A stretch of 64,000 nucleotides of DNA from Patescibacteria group bacterium (GTDB taxonomy: Bacteria > Patescibacteriota > Patescibacteriia > JAHIZJ01): NCBI GenBank assembly GCA_028714495.1, contig JAQTMH010000004.1, positions 232-64,231 on the forward strand. The letters are read 5' to 3'. The notes beneath the pieces are model-generated. The model ran no database searches. It saw only the letters and a program-made list of their open reading frames with translations, and was not told the DNA's origin. Of this stretch, positions 49,538-59,427 are shown one piece after another. Position 1 is the first letter of the stretch, and each line of letters starts with the position of its first letter. The translations under genes and the position numbers were made by a program.

Positions 49538-49891
49538 ATGAGTCTAGAACGCGATCCAGCCCTAGATAGGATGGAAAGGCACGCCCATAACCGCGAAGAA
49601 GTCTTGGGTTTTATCGGGGCGTCACTTGGGGAAGGGGCGAATGATGTGGAAGAAGGCAAACTTGAGTCAATTGTTTTTGATGATGGCCAGGGACATCATG
49701 TTGAGCATCCGATTTCCCAAGAGGAGGCAGAATCAATTGAGCGGGCAATGTGGAGCGCTGGTGGAGATATGACTTTTGAAACATTGCGGGAGCGAATATA
49801 CAGTTCACTTATTGAAGGAGGTTTTAATCTTGAACCGCCCTTTGACATAAATGTAACCCTGAAAAGAACCGAAGCAGGCAAGAGTGATTAG
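49538..49891 (+). CDS. Hypothetical acidic protein (117 aa), GC-rich
   Basis: ORF only. Confidence 0.35.
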   Translation: MSLERDPALDRMERHAHNREEVLGFIGASLGEGANDVEEGKLESIVFDDGQGHHVEHPISQEEAESIERAMWSAGGDMTFETLRERIYSSLIEGGFNLEPPFDINVTLKRTEAGKSD

Positions 49892-49924
49892 CCAGACGAG
49901 TTTTTAGTCAAAGGAGGTGAGCTA

Positions 49925-50332
49925 GTGTCAGGTACACAAGGGGTAATTCACAATCCAGTGACTGGCCAGGGCGATTGCCGGCCAGGTGAGATTCCGGGCG
50001 TGGAAACGACCCGGTCAGCGGTTGAGCTGGAACAAACTCTGCACGGGGTGACCAGGGAATTCAACCGGAAAAAACTGATCGCACTGGCTGAGCTTCTCCG
50101 GCTGGTTCACGCAGCTATGCCGCAGGGATTCGATGCGTTCTTGCCGGGCTGGACAACCAGCCAGAGGGCAGCGGAAAACATACTCCCTTGGCTGGAAGCG
50201 CTGTCTTCCGACCAGCGCAATCAGATTGCCGGCGCCTGTCTGATCTTTGCCTGCAGACAGCTTGGTCCAGCTGATTTTCGCCGTCAGCTGGAAAGAGTTC
50301 AGGATCAAGAGATGAGACGGTCAGGGTCATGA
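49925..50332 (+). CDS. Hypothetical protein (135 aa), GC-rich, GTG start
   Basis: RBS AAGGAGGtgagcta GTG. Confidence 0.35.
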   Translation: MSGTQGVIHNPVTGQGDCRPGEIPGVETTRSAVELEQTLHGVTREFNRKKLIALAELLRLVHAAMPQGFDAFLPGWTTSQRAAENILPWLEALSSDQRNQIAGACLIFACRQLGPADFRRQLERVQDQEMRRSGS

Positions 50333-50468
50333 ACGCAAGCGCGAGTCAATGTACTTTCTCGGGTCAGTTGGCAGAACTGACCTGTTTTTTTGTATTTACA
50401 TAAGACTAAAATCAAGCTACAATTAGTGAGGAAATCGCACGTAACCGAGATCAATAATTTAAAAAAAT

Positions 50469-50918
50469 ATGAACAGCATCCACTTAGCAGGCTCATGGAT
50501 TATTAAGGCACCGCGCGACAAGGTATATTCCATCGTATCTGATTTTGAGAATATGCCAAAGAACTTTCCACGTGTTGCTAAACGGCTGACTATAACTAAA
50601 CGGGAGGGCAATCATCTGTCCATAGACGCGGTGGCTAGAACCTGGGGTCGGAATATCCCAGTGCACATGGAAACAGAGCTTCGTCCGCCATATGGCTACG
50701 TCTCCGAAAACAAAAACACCATTGGTACGCAGGGACACGAAGAACTCCTCATGGAAGAAGTACCAGAAGGTACAAAAATAAATTATACCTATGAAGTTGC
50801 ACTGAATAATCCTCTTTTCAGAATCCTCGGCAAGCCGCTCATTGGCTGGTACGCCATGAGGTTTTGGAAACGGGCAGTCATAGACGTCCTGAAAAAAATG
50901 CTGGAGAAAAATAAATAA
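50469..50918 (+). CDS. SRPBCC (START/polyketide-cyclase-like) family protein
   Basis: About 150 aa with an SRPBCC-like pattern. Assigned by eye. Confidence 0.4.
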   Translation: MNSIHLAGSWIIKAPRDKVYSIVSDFENMPKNFPRVAKRLTITKREGNHLSIDAVARTWGRNIPVHMETELRPPYGYVSENKNTIGTQGHEELLMEEVPEGTKINYTYEVALNNPLFRILGKPLIGWYAMRFWKRAVIDVLKKMLEKNK

Positions 50919-50931
50919 ATATATTATCCAT

Positions 50932-51255
50932 ATGAATACTCAACCAAAAAGAAAGTGGCTCCCCCAAACCAAAGAAGGGAAAAAGGCATTAATCTTCGGC
51001 ACCCTGACGATTGTTTGGGGCCTTTTGTTTATTTCCCTTGCCGGTTTTGTCAGTCGCCTCTTTCGAATGCCAGGGGGATTTTTATCTGTACTAGTGGAAA
51101 TCATGCTCTTTATTTTCGGCCTTTATTATAGTCTCAAGGCAATTTTCAAAATCAAGGAAAGAGCGATCCTAAACCTCATTATCTTCATTCTTTTCTGTGT
51201 GGTCGGCGGCTTCTGGCTGCTATTTGCTATTGGAGAAATATTATTTCCTCATTAA
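50932..51255 (+). CDS. Small membrane protein, hypothetical
   Basis: Three TM helices. Confidence 0.4.
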   Translation: MNTQPKRKWLPQTKEGKKALIFGTLTIVWGLLFISLAGFVSRLFRMPGGFLSVLVEIMLFIFGLYYSLKAIFKIKERAILNLIIFILFCVVGGFWLLFAIGEILFPH

Positions 51256-51265
51256 AAAACGAATA

Positions 51266-52144
51266 ATGGGAGATAAAAATAATTTTTTCAATCCAACTTC
51301 GCCAAGGCTCCGTTGGACGAGACGCTTCTGGTGGCTTTGGATAATCGCCGTTATCGGAGTATTAATGGTCGGATTTGTTATCTACAACAGTAACAATGAC
51401 CAAAAACAGCAAGCAACCAACACGGAAGCAGACCCTCTGAAAGAATGCATCGAAGGAGGTGTAGGTTATGAACGGGCAAAAATTATTGACGATGTTACAA
51501 AAGACGCTACTGTCGAGGAATATGGTTCAATTCGTAAATGTTATGTGCAGTTCACCGGTTATCCGGTCTTTGGTCCCGCCCCTGTTTTAAGTTTACCCTA
51601 TGATCCGAATGATATACCGTCTAGGGGTTTGATGCCGATGGGGGAAACCTTAGTCCATTCAGAGCCAGGTAAGGGCGGACATCCGGGTATCGATTTTTTC
51701 TGGGATACTGCAGAGGATGTCAGGATTCTTGCCAGCATGGATGCGTGGGTTGTTGGTATCAAAGATAGTGGTGAGGTACCGGGAGTTAAGGATGTACTAA
51801 CAGCCTGGGACGGTTGGGGAGTTGATTATTGCTCTATTGCCATATTGAATCCTGATCTTCAGGTGGGCGATATGATCAAAAAGGGTGATTATATCGGCCT
51901 AGCTAGACATCCCGGCGAATATCTTGATGAGAATAAAAAACCAAATAAGAAATTTATTCATTGGCAGTTCGGGTATGCGTACGCCAACCAGGGGGTGAGA
52001 GACCGTCTCTGCCCGATGACATATTTCGATAGCATTTCAACAGCGGAGATTGAGAAAATATGGGCTGAAAACGAGACAACGCCAGAGAATCTAGCCAATG
52101 CTCCTGATATCTGTTCAAATTATTATAAAAACAGAGATAAATAG
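51266..52144 (+). CDS. Membrane-anchored degenerate M23/LytM-like protein
   Basis: TM anchor. GHPGIDF (HxxxD) and GDYIGL...HWQF in place of the HxH motif. Confidence 0.4.
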   Translation: MGDKNNFFNPTSPRLRWTRRFWWLWIIAVIGVLMVGFVIYNSNNDQKQQATNTEADPLKECIEGGVGYERAKIIDDVTKDATVEEYGSIRKCYVQFTGYPVFGPAPVLSLPYDPNDIPSRGLMPMGETLVHSEPGKGGHPGIDFFWDTAEDVRILASMDAWVVGIKDSGEVPGVKDVLTAWDGWGVDYCSIAILNPDLQVGDMIKKGDYIGLARHPGEYLDENKKPNKKFIHWQFGYAYANQGVRDRLCPMTYFDSISTAEIEKIWAENETTPENLANAPDICSNYYKNRDK

Positions 52145-52145
52145 T

Positions 52146-53465
52146 ATGGACACCCACTCAAAAAAATCATACTTAAAAAGATTCTGGTGGATATTCTTAA
52201 TTTTGTTACTTTTTATTCTTACTATACTATTGATCGCGATTATCTCTCATAAACCCGAGAGTGAAAACGATGAACAAGAAACAATTCAAAATAATATTAA
52301 TGATAATAATACTGAACAGTCAACAGATAAAAAATACCCGTCAGATGTGATTGATTGTCCGGCTGATCTGGCTGGTATATTAGATTATCCATTTATGCCG
52401 CCGGGAGCAATTTTGTTTCTTACGCCTTTAGGAAATATAAACCCTCCCGGCCACGTCATCCCGATCGATCACATTTATTTTGAGTCTCTCATTGAGGACA
52501 AAATTCCTCTTTACGCTCCGGCCAACGCCAAAATTGTTAATATAGTTGAAGAGTCCACGAAATCAGATACCGGAGAATATATCCCCACTGGATATTCAAT
52601 ATCTTTTCTTATTTGCAAAGGATTAGTATTGGATCTCGGTTCTTATACCGAGATATCTCAAAGGTTGCAAAATGAGATAAAAACCATTGAAGGTTCCTGC
52701 ACATACGATATTAATAAAGAAGGTCACGGAAGGACTGAAGGAAGTTGCAATTATGATACAAATATAAAAGTTACTTCCGGGGAGCTGCTGGGATATACGC
52801 AAAAAAAAGACAATGGCTTCTTCTTTGAAGTATGGGCGGCAAACTACAACACCCCCGTACGGACGGATATAAATTGGAACTATGCCAAGGATCAACGATA
52901 TGCCCATGCCATGTGCCTGTTTGATCTATACCGGGGGGATCTAAGGGATCAATATTTTTCAAAATTTGGTATATATCTGTCGCAAAGGGAGGAGACAATA
53001 AATGGGAAATCCGTTATTATCCCACAGGATTTTATGGCCAGGACCGCAGAACCTATTTGCGGAGAAATAATTCAAGATATTGTCGGCACTATCCAAGGAG
53101 TGTGGTGGGGCGATGACCCTGAAATAGATTATCAAACAAAGGCGCTTGCCGTCGTACACTACAATATGGACCCGTCTATTGGAATATTTTCAATAGATAA
53201 CTCTTTGACGGGAACATACCCGGTTATTATGTTCTTCCCAAAACATTCAGGAACAATTAATAGAGAACCAAGTGAAATAACTGCCGATGGAAATATATAT
53301 TGTTTTACGGATGATTATTCTGCGGAAAAAGAGTTAAATAGAGAAAAGATGGAAGGCAAGATATTAGTTCAACTAATTAATGATCATCTGCTAAAAGTAG
53401 AGCATCAGGATGGATCGTGTGGTTCTGATGAGTCATTTATAAGTCCGGCTGAATATCAAAGATAA
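52146..53465 (+). CDS. AT-rich membrane-anchored paralogue of the preceding gene
   Basis: TM anchor. PPGHVIPIDH. Collinear blocks with 51266-52144. GC about 35 %. Confidence 0.4.
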   Translation: MDTHSKKSYLKRFWWIFLILLLFILTILLIAIISHKPESENDEQETIQNNINDNNTEQSTDKKYPSDVIDCPADLAGILDYPFMPPGAILFLTPLGNINPPGHVIPIDHIYFESLIEDKIPLYAPANAKIVNIVEESTKSDTGEYIPTGYSISFLICKGLVLDLGSYTEISQRLQNEIKTIEGSCTYDINKEGHGRTEGSCNYDTNIKVTSGELLGYTQKKDNGFFFEVWAANYNTPVRTDINWNYAKDQRYAHAMCLFDLYRGDLRDQYFSKFGIYLSQREETINGKSVIIPQDFMARTAEPICGEIIQDIVGTIQGVWWGDDPEIDYQTKALAVVHYNMDPSIGIFSIDNSLTGTYPVIMFFPKHSGTINREPSEITADGNIYCFTDDYSAEKELNREKMEGKILVQLINDHLLKVEHQDGSCGSDESFISPAEYQR

Positions 53466-53646
53466 GAAATTAATTATGAACACCCAACCAAAAGAAACTG
53501 TCTGGAGAGTTCGGGCTAGCTAGCTTTTATTAAGGGATTGAGGAAATCGGGATGTTGTGAGAAGTGTTGATAATTAGCCGGTTTATTAAATAAACCTGGT
53601 TTTTTTATAGATTTACAAAAGATTAAAATCGGGCTATAATTAGAAT

Positions 53647-54543
53647 TTGTATAGGTTTTTCAAAGAAAATATGGTCATAATAGAAGTCAGTGATTTTAAG
53701 AAGTATTTCGGCAAAACCAGGGCCGTAGATGGCGTAAGCTTTAGCGTGGAAAAAGGCGAGATTTTCGGTTTTCTCGGTCCGAACGGCGCCGGCAAGACAA
53801 CGACTATCCGCTGTCTCATGGATTTTCTCCGGCCGACGAGCGGAAGTATTAAATTATTCGGCTTGGATAATCAAGATCACGCCGTAGAGCTGAAGCACCG
53901 GATCGGTTATTTGTCCGGCTATGTCAGATTTTACGATAAGTGGACCGGCTGGGATCATATCCGGTTTTTTCGAAAATTCAACGGCCAATCGGATTCTTCC
54001 GCTGAGCTCATCCGGCGGCTGGATTTCGACCCAACCAGGAAAACCGGCCAGCTCTCGTCAGGCAATAAACAAAAACTCGGTATCATCCTGGCTCTGCAGC
54101 ACAATCCAGAGCTGCTCATTCTTGACGAGCCGACCATCGGACTTGATCCGATCCTCCAGAACGAAATATACAAAATAATACACGAGCGGGTCCTGAGCGG
54201 CGCGACCGTCTTTTTCTCGTCTCATAATATGCCGGAGGTTGAGAAAATCTGCAATCGGGTAGGTATCATCCGCCAGGGAAAGATGGTAGCGGTCCAGCGG
54301 ATTGAGGAACTGAAAGAGAAAAAAGTCTATCGGATACACGCCCACACTGATGGCGCTTTTGATCTGTCGCGATTTCAGACATTGAATATTACTGTTCTTC
54401 AATCTCTCGAACACGAGCTAAATCTCGAAGCCCGCGGCGACATCAATCCAATAGTCAAGGAATTGAGTCGTTATCAGCTGAAAGAATTGACGATCGAACG
54501 CGCGCCGCTCGAGCAGATATTTTTAGAGTATTACGAAAAATAA
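53647..54543 (+). CDS. ABC transporter ATP-binding protein
   Basis: Walker A GPNGAGKTT. Signature LSSGNKQK. Walker B LLILDEPT. Confidence 0.8.
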   Translation: MYRFFKENMVIIEVSDFKKYFGKTRAVDGVSFSVEKGEIFGFLGPNGAGKTTTIRCLMDFLRPTSGSIKLFGLDNQDHAVELKHRIGYLSGYVRFYDKWTGWDHIRFFRKFNGQSDSSAELIRRLDFDPTRKTGQLSSGNKQKLGIILALQHNPELLILDEPTIGLDPILQNEIYKIIHERVLSGATVFFSSHNMPEVEKICNRVGIIRQGKMVAVQRIEELKEKKVYRIHAHTDGAFDLSRFQTLNITVLQSLEHELNLEARGDINPIVKELSRYQLKELTIERAPLEQIFLEYYEK

Positions 54544-54547
54544 AGCC

Positions 54548-55345
54548 ATGAAAAGCCTGATCACCAGATTTTTTAAAGACCGCCGCGTATCGCTTTTGGT
54601 TTACTGTGTTGCCGGGATCGGCTTTCTCGAGATGTACGTGGCGATCTATCCCAGCATCTCCAGCCAGGCTGCCCGGTTCAATGAGCTATTCGCGAGCTAC
54701 CCGCAAGAATTTTTGAAGGCCTTTGGTATTGATCGGCTGGACATGTCAACGCTGGAAAACTATATTGCCATGGAACATTTCAGCATGATCTGGCCGCTGA
54801 TGCTGGTCATATTCATGATTTCCATCGCGGGCGGCGCGCTCGCCGGTGAGATAGACCGAGGGACTATCGAGCTTTTGCTGGCCCGTCCGATTTCCAGGTT
54901 GAAGCTGTTTATCGGAAGATATCTCTATGGTTTTATCGCCTTGGTGATTTTTATCCTGGCCACGGTTTTTACGGTCATCCCTTTGGCTGAAATGCACAAA
55001 GTAACGTATGATGCCGATCGGTATTTAATCATTTCTATTCTTGGCCTATTTTTCGGCCTGGCTGTGTTTTCATTATCTATGCTGGTTTCAGCCTTGTTTT
55101 CGGAGAGAGGTCGGGTATCAATGATCATGGGCGGCTCGCTGGTGCTGATGTACGTTTTGAATGTCGTGGCTTCGCTTAAAGAAAATCTCTCGGATCTGAA
55201 ATACCTTTCTTTTTTCCACTACTTCGACGCCCAGTCAGCGCTGACCAAGGGTGAGCTGAATTGGACCTCGATTTGGGTATTTGCCGGGATAATTATCGTG
55301 AGTACGATTATCGGAGCAATGGTGTGGAAGAGGAGGGATGTGTAG
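54548..55345 (+). CDS. ABC-2-type transporter permease
   Basis: Six TM segments, 4 nt after the ATPase gene. Confidence 0.65.
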   Translation: MKSLITRFFKDRRVSLLVYCVAGIGFLEMYVAIYPSISSQAARFNELFASYPQEFLKAFGIDRLDMSTLENYIAMEHFSMIWPLMLVIFMISIAGGALAGEIDRGTIELLLARPISRLKLFIGRYLYGFIALVIFILATVFTVIPLAEMHKVTYDADRYLIISILGLFFGLAVFSLSMLVSALFSERGRVSMIMGGSLVLMYVLNVVASLKENLSDLKYLSFFHYFDAQSALTKGELNWTSIWVFAGIIIVSTIIGAMVWKRRDV

Positions 55346-55396
55346 CAGGAATTAGTTAATTGGTGAATTAGTTTAATGGTTAATTAGAAAAATATT

Positions 55397-55870
55397 ATGG
55401 ACCAGCCGACAAATCAAACGGAACAGCCCATTTCAAAAACATCTAAACCCACGAAATCAAAATCCACCCGAGTTTTTGGATACCTCGTCAACGTCGTAAT
55501 CCACGCAATCATGCTTTATGTAGCGGTTAACCTGTTGCCTTGGGAAGCCCAATTTGTCCTGCCGACCTGGGCAGATGTTCTCGGTATAGTTAGATTTTCG
55601 TTCTGGCTGAATATCGCGGCCTACGCGACATTCATTTTCTACGATGGCCGCGGGTACTATTTCCTTTTGCGGACAGCTATGGACGCGGTCAGCATCTATG
55701 TCGCGTATCGGCTGGTGACGGTATTTCCATTTGACTTTGACGGTTTTTACCATCAAGCCTGGCTAAACGACGTCTTCCCATACCTGTTCTGGTTGGGGAT
55801 CGTCGGATTGGTAATTTCAATCATTGCTCGGACAGTCAGATTGGCGGCGAATAAGAATATCTACTATTAG
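55397..55870 (+). CDS. Membrane protein, hypothetical
   Basis: Four TM helices. Confidence 0.4.
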   Translation: MDQPTNQTEQPISKTSKPTKSKSTRVFGYLVNVVIHAIMLYVAVNLLPWEAQFVLPTWADVLGIVRFSFWLNIAAYATFIFYDGRGYYFLLRTAMDAVSIYVAYRLVTVFPFDFDGFYHQAWLNDVFPYLFWLGIVGLVISIIARTVRLAANKNIYY

Positions 55871-55922
55871 TCTATAAATTTTTCACTCATTAGATTACCG
55901 TAGTGGTGGATTTACCGCACGC

Positions 55923-55983
55923 CTTTTTTATTTGACAAGCGCTTGGTAATTATGATATGAAGAAAGACTCTGTCGGATTGATT
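55923..55983 (+). repeat. About 60-bp promoter-like leader, copy A
   Basis: ttttttatttgacaagcgcttggtaattatgatatgaagaaagactctgtcggattgat. About 90 % identical to 57910-57970. Confidence 0.65.
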
Positions 55984-56082
55984 GGTCAAAGAAAATCTTT
56001 CGATGAGAGTGTTTGATATAGACGAGAAAAACGATTAGGACGATTGTATCCTTAGGATGTTCTTTCACAGAGAGGGGGTTTC

Positions 56083-57726
56083 ATGATGCGTTTCATCGTT
56101 GTGTCCGCGTGTTTCGTAGCGCTGCTTCTGTGCCTGCCGACGGACGGATTGGCAGAAAACACCAATGCTCCTTTCGGGCAATACTGCGTGATGCCAGTGC
56201 CGGATTGTGGTTTCTATTGGGGATTCACGACCTCGATGTTCGATCCGATCCGGGCGAATCCCCAGCTCGCTCGTCGTGAACTTCTTCACTCGTTGCGGCT
56301 GCAGGATCGGACAAAGGGAATCGCGTGGGCTCGGTCGATGCTCGATCTTGCCGACGCATACCAAGCTCTCGATTCGCTCGAGACGAAAAAGCGCTGTGCT
56401 GGACAAGCCCTCATTGAGCTGGATCGGCTCTGGGGGGTTACGCCGACTGCAGAATGCGCCTTCCTTCTAGGAGAGGCGTATGGGAAGTTCAAGAACGAGA
56501 AGACAGCGCAACCGTGGTATGAGCGCTCATTGGTCACGGACCCGGACTACTACCCCGCCGTCTTCGCTTTGACGAGAGATGCCGATGATGAAGGGCTTGC
56601 TGTCTACGAGGAATGGCTGAAGCGGTCATTTCAGCTGTCTGAGCGCCTGCTTGCGTCTGACCTGCCCGCGCCGGTTCGTGCTGATGTTGCCTTTCAATAC
56701 GCGGACCTGCTCACCGGCGTTCAGATTACGGGAGCGATTAGGTCGATGTTTGGCTTTCTTGAAAGTACGATAGAGCACCCAGACCCAGATTCGACTGCCT
56801 TCGAGCGCCAGCTGCTAGAGCAATTCATATCAACATTTGGCATGATGACGCATCCGAAGTGCATTGAGCTGTACAGAATGGCCGCGCGTCTCAATCCCCG
56901 AGTCACCGGCTATCGACTGGCGCAAGCGGCCAGCGAGGTCGGCAGAATGCTCCTTGTCAGCCTCGAAGACGCGAAGAACCGCGAGATGATTGAACAAGAA
57001 AGCGCCGGCGTCGATGTTATCGATGCCCTCTATGGGGCACATCAGGAGAAACTGTTGTTGATCCGGGAGCAGTTGGCGGCGATTCCTGCAGCGGAGCTGG
57101 AGCGATATCCGTCGGCCTGGTATTTTCGCGGGCTAGTGAGCTTCACGCTCGGGGATTACGCATCGGCGCAACAGGAGCTGAGAACCTATCTGACCTATCA
57201 GCCTATGGATCAGAACGCTGCTGGGCTGCTGTGCGGCACGGTCGTAACGATGGCAACAGGGGTTGAATTGGCAACTGATGCGGCTTTCGTCGACTTTTGC
57301 GCCCTCGATCGTCGCATGTGCGATCAGCATCCGACTGCAAGCGGATGTTACCGCGTCGGCTATTTCCAGTGGTCTAACGGTGACATCCCCGGCGCGCTTG
57401 CTCTATTCCAGAAGGCAACGATGCTTGATCCCGCCAAACACGCTCCGCGCATTGCCACGGCGGTGATCGCCTATCAAAATGGCGATGTCGTAACAGCGCG
57501 CTCCATTGTTGAGGTCATCAAGGCGGGGAGCACGTTACCGTCAGGGAGTGACGCGACGTGCTTTCACTTGCTCGAAGCTGTTCTTTCCGCCCAGCGCGGA
57601 AATATAGATGAAGCGAAGCGACTTGCGCGACTGGCCAAAGAAGGGGATAGTGAACTGTCCGAACCGCGGCAGCTGCTTGACGAGCTCGAACGTCACAGTA
57701 CACAACCCAACCTTCAGAGGCGATAG
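56083..57726 (+). CDS. Secreted helical-repeat (TPR-like) protein, GC-rich
   Basis: Signal peptide MMRFIVVSACFVALLLCLPTDGLA. About 57 % GC. Confidence 0.5.
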   Translation: MMRFIVVSACFVALLLCLPTDGLAENTNAPFGQYCVMPVPDCGFYWGFTTSMFDPIRANPQLARRELLHSLRLQDRTKGIAWARSMLDLADAYQALDSLETKKRCAGQALIELDRLWGVTPTAECAFLLGEAYGKFKNEKTAQPWYERSLVTDPDYYPAVFALTRDADDEGLAVYEEWLKRSFQLSERLLASDLPAPVRADVAFQYADLLTGVQITGAIRSMFGFLESTIEHPDPDSTAFERQLLEQFISTFGMMTHPKCIELYRMAARLNPRVTGYRLAQAASEVGRMLLVSLEDAKNREMIEQESAGVDVIDALYGAHQEKLLLIREQLAAIPAAELERYPSAWYFRGLVSFTLGDYASAQQELRTYLTYQPMDQNAAGLLCGTVVTMATGVELATDAAFVDFCALDRRMCDQHPTASGCYRVGYFQWSNGDIPGALALFQKATMLDPAKHAPRIATAVIAYQNGDVVTARSIVEVIKAGSTLPSGSDATCFHLLEAVLSAQRGNIDEAKRLARLAKEGDSELSEPRQLLDELERHSTQPNLQRR

Positions 57727-57909
57727 GGGCCTTCCCCATCGCCTTTTTTCTTTATCCATTGATATTGTTGAGCCGCAAACAACCCCTTCGTTCGACAGGG
57801 GGGAGAATTATGAGATTCAGGTTGCGTGGGATTTAGATTGTGGGTAATATGGAGATTTTGGTCACGAAACAAATATAAATATCACGTAGGCAAAAATTTT
57901 TGTTTTCAC

Positions 57910-57970
57910 TTTTTATTATTTGACAAGCGCTTAGTAATTATGATAAGAAGAAAGGCTCTGTCGGATTGAT
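57910..57970 (+). repeat. About 60-bp promoter-like leader, copy B
   Basis: tttttattatttgacaagcgcttagtaattatgataagaagaaaggctctgtcggattgat. Confidence 0.65.
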
Positions 57971-58038
57971 AGAGTGTTCATTAGAGCAACTAAGTCAAAT
58001 CAACGGGTGCTCAGGGGTCGATAAAGAAGGAGGAAGCA

Positions 58039-58680
58039 ATGGAGGAAAAGAAGGTTGGCTCGGTGGGCTGGACGATCATGTTCATTCTCGGCGCGCTTTT
58101 CGTGGTCGGCTGGGCGGCTTTTAGCCCGTTGTCTTTCAGCTCGGCTACTAAGGCTAGCCCTTTCGGCATGGGCTTTATGAAGTTCTTCATTCTGGGCACG
58201 ATCGGCGAGATCATCAAGTGCGGCATTGCCAGGAAGCGCTGGGCGGTTGATTGGCCGGTTGGCCGGGCGATTGTCTGGGGTGGGTTTGGCATCTGGATCA
58301 CTCTCGCCTTTCCGTTGTTCTCGGCTGGCGTTGATTTCCTGATCAAACAGGGACTTTGGTGGAGCTGGTTCCCGGCCTTGTCCAAAAGCCTGTGGATCAA
58401 TCTGCTCGGCGGCTATGCCTGGTCGATGATGATGACTCATGAGTATTTCAACTTCCTGATCAAGGAACGGCTGAATGCATTCGGGCTTTGTTGGTTCGCT
58501 GACCAGATGGACCGGCGGTTTGCCTTTCGCTTCGTCCCGAAGACCATGTTGTTTTTCTGGGTGCCAGCGCATACGGCTACCTTCTCTCTGCCGCCGGAGT
58601 GGCGCGTGTTCGCCGCCGCGCTCTTGGCGATCGCTCTTGGCTTCTTCCTGAGCGTGGGCAAGCGTCGGGCCGTAGCCTGA
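58039..58680 (+). CDS. Polytopic membrane protein, GC-rich, hypothetical
   Basis: Five or six TM helices. RBS gaAGGAGGaagca ATG. Confidence 0.5.
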   Translation: MEEKKVGSVGWTIMFILGALFVVGWAAFSPLSFSSATKASPFGMGFMKFFILGTIGEIIKCGIARKRWAVDWPVGRAIVWGGFGIWITLAFPLFSAGVDFLIKQGLWWSWFPALSKSLWINLLGGYAWSMMMTHEYFNFLIKERLNAFGLCWFADQMDRRFAFRFVPKTMLFFWVPAHTATFSLPPEWRVFAAALLAIALGFFLSVGKRRAVA

Positions 58681-58854
58681 TCTACTATCTCACGCAAGAG
58701 GTGGATTCATTTCCGCCTCTATTTTTTTTGTGACAGTCCTTTTGATCTGGCAAGAGGAGATACTTTACCAGGCATTGGCCTAGATTCGACATAGGTTGTA
58801 GAATAAAGAGGCTAAAAAATGAAATAATTATTTAGAGTTCGTAGTAATATATTT

Positions 58855-59427
58855 ATGGAAGGGCTAGGTTTGGAATTAACCGACGAAGAATTAGCTGAAA
58901 GGGCCCAAAAGGGCGACATTGACGCCTTTACTTTGCTGGTTGAACGCTACGAAAAGAAGATACTTCGTTACGTAACGAGCGTATTGGGCCAATTGGCTGA
59001 CGCCGAGGATGTGGTCCAGGAAGTGTTTCTCAAGGCCTATCGGAATATGCGCAGTTTTGATATTAGGCGGAAATTTTCTTCCTGGCTTTATCGCATAGCT
59101 CATAACGAAGCGATGAACGCGATAAAAAAAAGGCGGTATGATCCATTGCTTTTTTTTGATGCAGACACGCTTTTTCCGCACCCCCTGTCGGCCGAGAAAA
59201 CTGATCAAGCTGTCGAAGAAAAAGAATTGCGCCAGACTCTCGAAAAATCGCTTAATACGCTTCCACCAAAATACCGCGAGCCGATGGTCCTTCATTACCT
59301 GCAGGAGCTCGGGTATCAGGAGATCGCTGATATTCTCCATGTTCCGATCGGCACGGTAGGCGTGAGGCTGAAGCGGGCTAAATTAAAATTAAAATTGCTA
59401 ATCAAAAAAACGGATTATCAACCATGA
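58855..59427 (+). CDS. ECF-subfamily RNA polymerase sigma factor
   Basis: Region 2 VVQEVFLKAYRNMRSFD...SWLYRIAHNEAMNAIKK. Region 4 YQEIADILHVPIGTVGVRLKRAK. Confidence 0.8.
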   Translation: MEGLGLELTDEELAERAQKGDIDAFTLLVERYEKKILRYVTSVLGQLADAEDVVQEVFLKAYRNMRSFDIRRKFSSWLYRIAHNEAMNAIKKRRYDPLLFFDADTLFPHPLSAEKTDQAVEEKELRQTLEKSLNTLPPKYREPMVLHYLQELGYQEIADILHVPIGTVGVRLKRAKLKLKLLIKKTDYQP

